NCBI GenBank assembly: GCA_965261395.1
Contig: OZ253462.1
Coordinates: 1,408,001 to 1,472,000, forward strand
Reading direction: 5' to 3'
Origin: Candidatus Latescibacterota bacterium
GTDB lineage: Bacteria > Latescibacterota > UBA2968 > UBA8231
Length of the DNA stretch: 64,000 nucleotides
How positions within the stretch are numbered: position 1 is the first letter of the stretch; each line of letters starts with the position of its first letter. The position numbers were made by a program, and so were the translations under genes. Shown here piece after piece: positions 38,962 to 46,439 of this stretch. Under the pieces are notes generated by a model. It made no database searches. It saw only the letters and a program-made list of their open reading frames with translations, and was not told where the DNA came from.

Positions 38962-41324
38962 GCCGGGCCAGTCACCGTCGCCGACAGCCCATTCGACAAG
39001 GCGCGACCATCCTGGGTGCAGACCGCGCCATTGGTGTTGCACGAAGTGGTCGGTAGCAAGGAGATACCCACGTCGTTGGCGTCCGGCTGGATCGCAATTT
39101 CCCACCGATCGCTGCGACCGTCCACCCGCCGCGCACTGGTCACCCTGCCGCCGGTCACCGTCAACGCTTGGGTGCGCATCACCGCTTCAGTTAGCCAAAT
39201 CGGTTCGTTGAACGCGAGTTGCACTGCAAACGCAGTGGAGCCGTCGTGTCCTGTGGGCAAGCTCTCGAAACGCACTGTCAGCGGTGCTCGGTACACGACG
39301 GAGGCAGCCACGCCCTGCGACAGCATCCGTCCGTCCGCGGTGCAGATTGCGTTGTCGGCATCGCACGAGGGGGTCGGTGGCAAGGCGATACGCACGTCAT
39401 TGGGGTTCGGTTGGATCGTAGTTTCCCACCGATCGCTGCGACCGTTCACCCGGCGTGCGCTAGTCACCGCGCCACCAATCACCGCTAGGGCCTGCTGTAT
39501 CTCCGCCGCTTTGGTCCTCTCAATCGGTTCGCTGAACACGAGTTGCACCGCGAATTCAGTGGTGCCGTTGTGTCCTGCGGGCAAATTCTCAAAGCGCGCC
39601 ATCAACGGCTCCACTTCAGGCTGCGCGTCTTCTCCTGTTTGCGTCGCCAAAGGGATGACGACCTGCGCGTCGTTTTGGAGAACCAAGCCGTCCTGGGTGC
39701 AGACCGCGCCATTGGCGTTGCACGAGGTGGTCGGTAGCAAGGAGATACGCACGTCATTGGCGTTCGGCTGGATTATAATTTTCCACAGATCGCTGCGACC
39801 CTTTACGCGCCGCGTGCCAGTCACCCTGCCACCGGTCACCGTCAGCGCCGTGCGCAGTGCCGGTGCGGTTAGCCAGATCGGTTCGCTAAATACAAGTTGC
39901 AATGCGAACGCAGTGGTGCCGTCGTGCCCTGTGGGCAAGCTCTCGAAGCGCACCCTCAGCGGCGCTCTGGGCACGGAGACGGCCACGCCCTGCGACAGCA
40001 TCCGTCCGTCCGCGGTGCAGATTGCGTTGTCGGCATCGCACGAGGGGGTCGCTAGCAGAGACATGCTCACGTCGGCGTTGCTGTGCGGTATGGCTTTGAT
40101 CTCCCACCGATCGCTGCGACCATCCACCTGACGCACGCTGGTCACCGTACCGTGGGTCACCATCAGCATCTGCCGTATCGCCGCTTCGGTCGTCTCAATC
40201 GGTTCGCTGAACGCAAGTTGCACCGCGAACGCGGTGGAGCCGTCGTGTCCTGCGGGCAAGCTCTCGAAGCGCACCCTCAGCGGCGCTCTGGGAACGGAGA
40301 CAGTCACGCCCCGCGACAAGGTCCGTCCATCTGCGGTGCAGACTGCGCCGGCGACGCACGAGGTGGTTGATGGCAGAGATATGTTCACGTCGGCGTTGCT
40401 GTTGGGCGTCACTGTGATCTCCCACAGTTTGCGGCGACCATCCACCTGGCGCGCGCTGGTCACCGTACCGCCGGTCATCATCAGCGCCTGCTGTATCGCC
40501 TCTTGGGTCGTCCTAATTGGTTCGTTGAACGCAAGTTGCAGGGTGAACGCAGTGGAGCCGTCGTGTTCTTCGGGCACGTCCCTGAAGCGCGCTTTCAGCA
40601 GTACGATCTTCGGCTTAGGCCTCGCCGCCGCCTGAGCCGACGACGCCGGCGTCGCCGACGCCTGAGCCGACGCTGGTGCTGGGCATATTTGTGCCGACGA
40701 CGAGGTTGTCGGCGGGCATGTTTGCTCCGTGGTCCGCAGGCAAACCCCGGCCGTGCCACCCAAGGGAAGCGTGGTCGCAAAGCAGTCGGTATTCAGCGAG
40801 GGAGCGTTATCGTTTAGCCACGATTGGTCCCAGAGGAATTGCGCATAATACTTCTGGGCATCTGCGAACGGGAATTCCTCGCCGGCGAACTCCAAGACCA
40901 GCCCCTCAACGCTTTCCACCAACAGTTCTGCCAGAATAATTTGCACAACCCTGGGGTCCCCGCTCATAAGCTGTACGCGGTTATCGGTGTCGGAATAACT
41001 GAATTCATTGTTATCGATCGATCCCACATCGTGATCGAAGGTGATAGCTGCTTCGGCGTATCCTCGATAGTCCTGTCCATTGGTCGGCTCGCCAATGGTT
41101 ATTGTGGCGGACAAAATAGGATCGGTCGTCTGCGCTTGGGCGGCTGTGGCGAACAGGGCGACGAACGCCAACAGCAACCCAGCCGCTAGGCTGGAACGAG
41201 AGAGATTGGAAGGATAATCGGTTGCGTCCGATAGATGGGACGCGGGGAAGGAAGATTTAGGCGGCCGTAGTCTTGGCTCTTGGTTCTTAAATAGCGTACA
41301 GACAAGCAGTCTTCTACACCGCAT
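38661..41324 (-). CDS. Secreted adhesin-like protein with five Ig-like 'HDG' repeats and a FlgD-like C-terminal tail
   Basis: GGAGG RBS before the ATG at 41324; AQA/Q cleavage site; five ~100-aa repeats (RFESLP.GHDG.TAF..QL.FSEPI...W.I...SC....A.CT.DGR.L); NYPNPFN tail. Confidence 0.85.
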   Translation of the reverse strand: MRCRRLLVCTLFKNQEPRLRPPKSSFPASHLSDATDYPSNLSRSSLAAGLLLAFVALFATAAQAQTTDPILSATITIGEPTNGQDYRGYAEAAITFDHDVGSIDNNEFSYSDTDNRVQLMSGDPRVVQIILAELLVESVEGLVLEFAGEEFPFADAQKYYAQFLWDQSWLNDNAPSLNTDCFATTLPLGGTAGVCLRTTEQTCPPTTSSSAQICPAPASAQASATPASSAQAAARPKPKIVLLKARFRDVPEEHDGSTAFTLQLAFNEPIRTTQEAIQQALMMTGGTVTSARQVDGRRKLWEITVTPNSNADVNISLPSTTSCVAGAVCTADGRTLSRGVTVSVPRAPLRVRFESLPAGHDGSTAFAVQLAFSEPIETTEAAIRQMLMVTHGTVTSVRQVDGRSDRWEIKAIPHSNADVSMSLLATPSCDADNAICTADGRMLSQGVAVSVPRAPLRVRFESLPTGHDGTTAFALQLVFSEPIWLTAPALRTALTVTGGRVTGTRRVKGRSDLWKIIIQPNANDVRISLLPTTSCNANGAVCTQDGLVLQNDAQVVIPLATQTGEDAQPEVEPLMARFENLPAGHNGTTEFAVQLVFSEPIERTKAAEIQQALAVIGGAVTSARRVNGRSDRWETTIQPNPNDVRIALPPTPSCDADNAICTADGRMLSQGVAASVVYRAPLTVRFESLPTGHDGSTAFAVQLAFNEPIWLTEAVMRTQALTVTGGRVTSARRVDGRSDRWEIAIQPDANDVGISLLPTTSCNTNGAVCTQDGRALSNGLSATVTGPAAKPVAALQAFALYANYPNPFNAETQMTYALPVAGAVELAIYNVRGQRVRTLVQGVQAAGRSQIVWDGRNDTGAALASGVYLSRLASTQGVRVRQLLLIK

Positions 41325-41630
41325 ATAAGGTAATGCCTCCTCTGTGTGAAGGGTGAATCGGCCCCTATAAAGCGGGGCCCGGGCCATATCCACCTCACGC
41401 AGAGTATGCGGAGTATTCCTGTCTATTCGCCAAGCGATGGGAAGGGGAGCGACCCCTCCACCACTAAGCATTCTGGCTGTGTACAACAAGGGAACCGAGG
41501 AACCGACATGCGAGTTCCCTACGCAAGATGGATAAGAACAAAATAGGTGATTTTTGCAGAAAGTAAATACAGGCGATTGTGTATTAGAGCTGATTGCAAA
41601 TTAGAGTATTTTAAAACTGTTTTATTGGAG

Positions 41631-41663
41631 ACCATATATAGTTCCTGTGGACTATATATGGTT
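41631..41663. promoter_or_regulatory. Tandem palindromic operator pair (ACCATATATAGTT / ACTATATATGGTT, 20-bp period)
   Basis: The same motif pair with the same spacing recurs at 46238-46270; both lie in divergent intergenic regions. Confidence 0.7.
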
Positions 41664-42000
41664 CATTTATATAATTATGATTTTACCAATTTTGGTCTGC
41701 GTTTATGTCTCGGCTTCCGCCGCCGGTTACTTCAAAGGTGCCACTGAGCACGGAATTACGACCGCTTTCAAATTCGTCGTTGCTGATAGGGAATCGTGCA
41801 GCGAAGAAATCACCCGCAGCAACTCGTTACTACTCTGGAGGATCTTGATTCAGGCTCCCATGCCGGGGCTGTCGGCACATCGCCGCAAGCCGTCGTAGTT
41901 TCGCGCACACTCAATCAACATACGTTATCGAGTAGGTCTCCAGTCCAGTACATCCTTTTTCCCAATTTTGCGACGAAGCTAGAACTAAAGGGTAAGTAAA

Positions 42001-43467
42001 TTGAAAAAGACTGTCTTTACCGTAAGTATCCTGCCTGAATCTCTAAACCGAGGCGATTTCAAGACAAAAATTTTACTGCTTTTAGTAGCATTCATGGGAT
42101 TTTCTTGTACAGATTATGAAAATCCGCTAGCGCTCATTAGCCCGCCCGCCGGAAAGGCTCAGGTGGGTTCGGACTCTGGCGAATGCCTTGCCATATCTTG
42201 GCCTTGCGATACGGAAGTAGATTCCGTGTGGACTGTATTCTACGGATCAGACTATCGGTTCCAAGCCCACGGCGACAGCGTCCTGTTTTCGCATTATCTA
42301 GATAGCAATAGTAAGACGCAATACTGGGCATCAGAAACCTCGACCCATCTTGGGAGAGTCCGGTCGGGTTTCCGCCCGGGTGACGGAGCGTGTGGCATCT
42401 GGAGCGAGGCTATCGACCATGATTCCTCGGTGGTGCGTATTTATCGGGGGGATGTAAACTACTTGTATAGAGATACGCCGAATGCCAGATATACTCTGTT
42501 AGAAGGCGATATGCAGTATCCCATCGCCTCTGTGGCAGCAGAAGGGTCGGTGCGCCACCGCAATTTTCTTAGTGTGCACAATCGCAATGAGCCGCGACCG
42601 GCCGATCTTGTAGAAATAAGCAGCACGTATTATGCAAGTGCCTACTACCTGCCGGTTAATTTTAGTGCTGCGGCGCTCGATACGCTTACCGCCCTGCCCG
42701 AGGACGACCGGCCTTATTTGGATGATTCCATTTTGGATGATTCCATTTGTTCAGGTGATGTTCGAGATTCTACACCTCAACCTCAATCCGGGTCGGTGGG
42801 TATTTCCCAACAACCTGAGCAGTCCCAACAACCTGAGCAGTCCCAACAACCTGAGCAGTCCCAACAACCTGAGCAGTCCCAACAACCTGAGCAGTCCCAA
42901 CAACCTGAGGAGCCCCAACAACCTGAGCAGTCCCAACAACCTGAGCAGTCCCAACAACCTGAGCAGTCCCAACAACCTGAGGAGCCCCAACAACCTGAGG
43001 AGCCCCAACAACCTGAGGAGCCCCAACAACCTGAGGAGCCCCAACAACCTGAGGAGCCCCAACAACCTGAGGAGCCCCAACAAACTGATCGTCCTGCACT
43101 GATGGCCTTCTATGCAGCTACGGGCGGAGGTAGTAATTGGACGGGCCACAATTGGGGAAGCGATGAACCTATCGGCACATGGGAGGGCGTAACCACCAAT
43201 GCCGGGGGACGCGTTATTGGTCTGGACCTGCACGGCAACAATTTAACCGGCTCGATACCCTCTGCGTTAGGCCAACTGACCAACCTGGAAAGCTTGGGTC
43301 TGTTCGACAACGAGTTAACCGGCTCGATACCCTCTGCGTTAGGCCAACTGACCAACCTTTACCTCCTGCTTCTGTCCGGCAATCAGTTAAGTGGGTGTAT
43401 CCCGCCCAGTCTGGACACGATATTGAACAATGACCTCGATCAACTGGGATTGTCTGTCTGCCAATGA
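42001..43467 (+). CDS. Lipoprotein with a QQPE(QS/EP) linker and a plant-type LRR domain
   Basis: GFSC lipobox, PAGK motif, LRR N-cap DRPALMAFY..TGG..W and 24-aa LTGSIPSALGQLTNL repeats. Confidence 0.85.
   Translation: MKKTVFTVSILPESLNRGDFKTKILLLLVAFMGFSCTDYENPLALISPPAGKAQVGSDSGECLAISWPCDTEVDSVWTVFYGSDYRFQAHGDSVLFSHYLDSNSKTQYWASETSTHLGRVRSGFRPGDGACGIWSEAIDHDSSVVRIYRGDVNYLYRDTPNARYTLLEGDMQYPIASVAAEGSVRHRNFLSVHNRNEPRPADLVEISSTYYASAYYLPVNFSAAALDTLTALPEDDRPYLDDSILDDSICSGDVRDSTPQPQSGSVGISQQPEQSQQPEQSQQPEQSQQPEQSQQPEQSQQPEEPQQPEQSQQPEQSQQPEQSQQPEEPQQPEEPQQPEEPQQPEEPQQPEEPQQPEEPQQTDRPALMAFYAATGGGSNWTGHNWGSDEPIGTWEGVTTNAGGRVIGLDLHGNNLTGSIPSALGQLTNLESLGLFDNELTGSIPSALGQLTNLYLLLLSGNQLSGCIPPSLDTILNNDLDQLGLSVCQ
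42805..43083 (+). repeat. Coding VNTR: 15 copies of an 18-bp unit plus a partial copy
   Basis: Two unit variants, CAACAACCTGAGCAGTCC (8 copies) and CAACAACCTGAGGAGCCC (7 copies). Confidence 0.95.
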
Positions 43468-43550
43468 ATAATATGACTCACGCCAAGCTGCGGGGGCCTG
43501 CTTACCAGCGGCTCCCGCGCAGTTCAACATCTCGCTGATGGCTAGGCTGT
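43249..43550 (+). repeat. 302-bp inverted duplication, copy 2 (source copy, in frame with the LRR gene)
   Basis: Exact reverse complement of 37961-38262. Confidence 0.93.
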
Positions 43551-44092
43551 ATGGTGGGCATACCTAAGTTTAGCCAAAAAGGAGTCCCTCACCTTATCCC
43601 GAACTCACGTTAAAATAGAAAATTAGTTAAAGTTAAATGGCTACCCCAGGAGATCGACCATGCCCCGCAAAAACAATCGTCGCCCCAGCCTAGACAAACG
43701 GCAACAGCGAGGCGCTCGCCGCCAGGGCCTTCAACCCGCCGAGGCCCCCGCCCCCGCGTCAGCGGAGAGAAGCGCATTCCTTTGGCGAGGGTTCCCCGTG
43801 CTGGCTACTGGAAGGGCACGACCAGGGCAACGGATCGGCACGGCGTGAACACTATTAGCCCCCCGCGTCCTGGGCCTTGACCGCGGCAAATCGCCAGTTT
43901 CGACCGGCCCCCTTGGGACGCAGGCGTTTGGATGGGGCGGGTGGAGGCGAGGAGGCCATAGCGACCAAATATAGTCCGGTGGAGGCGTGAGAAAAGGCTC
44001 CCGCCGCCGCGCCTTGACTATATGCCTAAAGCCCCTTTACGTACTGATTATAACTGAACGCAGAACTCATTAACTACTACGAGGAGAAGACC

Positions 44093-44638
44093 ATGATCCG
44101 AATATTGTCGTTTGTTCTAATTGCGATAGGGCTGCTCGGTGGAGCAGAAAAAGCCGCCGCTGCCGCAAGCGATGTAGTAGATCGGGAGACGCTGAAAAAT
44201 TTCGTGCTGGAAGCGAAGAGCCTGCTGGAGTCCGCACAAGATGAGGCGGCACGGACGGCCATTTTGGAGACCTTCAGGACTAGCGAAGAATGGAGACACG
44301 GGTCGATTTATATTTTCATCACCGGTTTTGAGGGCACGAGCTTCTTTCACGCAACTAGCCCCTCGCGCGAAGGCACCAATAATGTCGACCAAGAGGACAG
44401 CAATGGCGTTAAGATCACTCAGCAGCATATTGCGGCAGCACAAGCCGGGGGCGGTTTTGTGGAGTACCTCTGGGACAATCCAGCAATCGAAGGAGCAGAC
44501 GAATCCCCCAAGGCAAGCTACGTGGCCCCCATCGAGATAGAGGGTGCATCTTATTACATTGGCTCTGGGTTGTATCTTACTGCTGAGCAGACGAATGTAG
44601 CACCCATTTCGTGGGGTAGCCTGAAAGGACAGGTATAA
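44093..44638 (+). CDS. Secreted single-Cache domain protein with a SWGxLK C-terminal motif
   Basis: Signal peptide; IYIFI...FHA...D.NGVKI......GGGFVEY.WDNP......K.SYV Cache motifs; ends TNVAPISWGSLKGQV. Confidence 0.82.
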   Translation: MIRILSFVLIAIGLLGGAEKAAAAASDVVDRETLKNFVLEAKSLLESAQDEAARTAILETFRTSEEWRHGSIYIFITGFEGTSFFHATSPSREGTNNVDQEDSNGVKITQQHIAAAQAGGGFVEYLWDNPAIEGADESPKASYVAPIEIEGASYYIGSGLYLTAEQTNVAPISWGSLKGQV

Positions 44639-44641
44639 ATC

Positions 44642-44940
44642 GTGAGCATCGTCGTCCTCGACTTCGGCGGGCAGTACGCCCACTTGGCCGCCGCCTCGAT
44701 CTCGAACAATACCCGCAAAAACTACGAGGCCGCCTTGCGGGGCTGGGACGAATGGTTGGCCGGCCGGCCACGGAGCGGCTCCTAGCGGACTTTCTCACCA
44801 AGCGCCACGCCGCCGGCGTCTCGCCGGCCACGGTCGCCCAGGTAGTCCAGGCGATTCGCTTCCGCGAGAAGCTCCACCCCGCCGGGGAGTCGATTGTCGG
44901 GCCCTTGGCGAGCCGCACCCTAGCGGGGATCCGCCGAACT
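44642..44940 (+). pseudogene. guaA 5' fragment fused to a frameshifted tyrosine-recombinase N-terminal fragment
   Basis: VSIVVLDFGGQYAHL (GMP synthase N-terminus), then SISNNTRKNYEAALRGWDEWL / LLADFL..RHAAGVSPATVAQVVQAIRF...RTLAGIRR. Confidence 0.72.
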
Positions 44941-45083
44941 TTGACGACTACGTTGCGAAAATCCGGTCATTGCCTGCTGATCCAACGAATCACGACGTTG
45001 TTACCCCGGATTTTCTGCTTAAAAAAGAAGGTCAAATCGAAGTATACTACGCGCCGCCCTCCGATTCAGCAGCTCCCTGCCTT

Positions 45084-45971
45084 TTATGGTGCGATAGCAA
45101 AGCTGAAGCCTCCCACGGTATGCCACTGATCCCGAGCAGCAGGGTTATCGCTCACGCGATACGTCATTGAAGCCGTAAACGTCTTTCCCTTTAGCTTCAC
45201 CCTTGCTCGATTGGACGAATTGTTTCCAATCCCTGGCGCACAGTTGAAATACGCCTTGGCTAAGTCGTCCTTATTCTCAATAAATTTTAACCACTCGGCC
45301 CAACCACGAGGTTCGTCGGGAGTACCTTCAACGCCGTAGCCTACAGGAGACGGATTGCCTCCGCAGAGCGCAAAGTATGCCCATCCTTTAGACGTAAACC
45401 AGAGCGGCTCATTGCCATCTACGTAGGGATCATTCTCAAGAATCCGCGCCCTCTGCCCTCTAACTGCTCTGTTGTTCATAGCGTGGCTGGCAAGCGTTCC
45501 TCCACCAGACTCTTCCCAATTCAACGTGAAGTTGTTGGAATGAGGCGACACGCGAACCCTCGCTACAACCGCAATGGGAAGACTGTTGACGTTTCCTGCC
45601 AGACCGCAATTTCCAAGGTCTTTGGTTTCCCCGTTGAATATCTTCCCTTGTGGACCTCCCTTGCACACCTTCCAAACCCGAGGCTGGCCGACCAAAATAT
45701 GTCTGCTGTGGAGCAAAAACCAACGGACATCGTTGTCATCAATCGACGATGAACTAATCTTGCCAGCGGGTTCCACTGCGTTCTCTGGCGCAGTGGGAAC
45801 ATCGGCGCAGGACACCAACGCTGCCAACGCAAAAACAAATAACAGGATGAAGCTCGCGCGTATAAGGATCAGGCCCGAGCCACGACAGAAGCTCGGCGAT
45901 GTAGCGTCTGGCGGGATATTCCTGCGGTTGCCTTGCGGCGGTGGTGGGGACTGCTTAGGCGACTTTTTCAT
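45084..45971 (-). CDS. Hypothetical lipoprotein with an extended leader
   Basis: GGAGG RBS; Pro-rich leader, hydrophobic stretch, LVSC lipobox and PAGK motif. Confidence 0.7.
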   Translation of the reverse strand: MKKSPKQSPPPPQGNRRNIPPDATSPSFCRGSGLILIRASFILLFVFALAALVSCADVPTAPENAVEPAGKISSSSIDDNDVRWFLLHSRHILVGQPRVWKVCKGGPQGKIFNGETKDLGNCGLAGNVNSLPIAVVARVRVSPHSNNFTLNWEESGGGTLASHAMNNRAVRGQRARILENDPYVDGNEPLWFTSKGWAYFALCGGNPSPVGYGVEGTPDEPRGWAEWLKFIENKDDLAKAYFNCAPGIGNNSSNRARVKLKGKTFTASMTYRVSDNPAARDQWHTVGGFSFAIAP

Positions 45972-46237
45972 GGCTAAACCTCCTGGGGGAGAGAAGAGGT
46001 GCCGATAAGTAACCTACTCATTACGATAAAATGCAACCTCTCAGTTACATAAATTTAAGTAACTAAGTGCCGCGTCTGACGCGCCAAAAGGCTAACCCGA
46101 GAGGGACTTGGATGTCAAGGATTTTTTCTTTTGCCTTATCACCAATGGCAGAGATATAAAGGTTGCTACAAGCGGACACTAAAGCAGCCCTTATATCCCC
46201 AAAAGTCAAGACGGGCAAACTACATTTCTACAAAAGG

Positions 46238-46272
46238 ACCATATATAGTTTTTGGGAACCATATATGGTTCC
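46238..46272. promoter_or_regulatory. Tandem palindromic operator pair, including the perfect 18-bp palindrome GGAACCATATATGGTTCC
   Basis: ACCATATATAGTT at 46238 and ACCATATATGGTT at 46258; matches 41631-41663. Confidence 0.72.
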
Positions 46273-46439
46273 TCAAGCTGATTTTAAAAACTTCCGTAGG
46301 GCGTTGAATATCTGCGTGGGTTAGGAGTATATTTCCCTACGTATCGAAGCGGATTCACGCACTCCCGAAGGGCGTGCCAAGAGTACGAAGCCTATACCTA
46401 TCCGGTTCTCTTTCATTTATACCTTAAGGTTATTTCTTT

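Noticed and set aside
42805-43083. CRISPR array
   Set aside because: Contiguous 18-bp units with no unique spacers, in frame within a CDS; no cas genes in the window.
37961-43550. Site-specific shufflon or invertase system
   Set aside because: No intact recombinase nearby. The repeats are long and identical, so inversion would not create new coding fusions.
46365-46380. Sigma54 promoter TTGGCACG on the - strand
   Set aside because: Good -24 element but no GC at -12 (reads TCGG).
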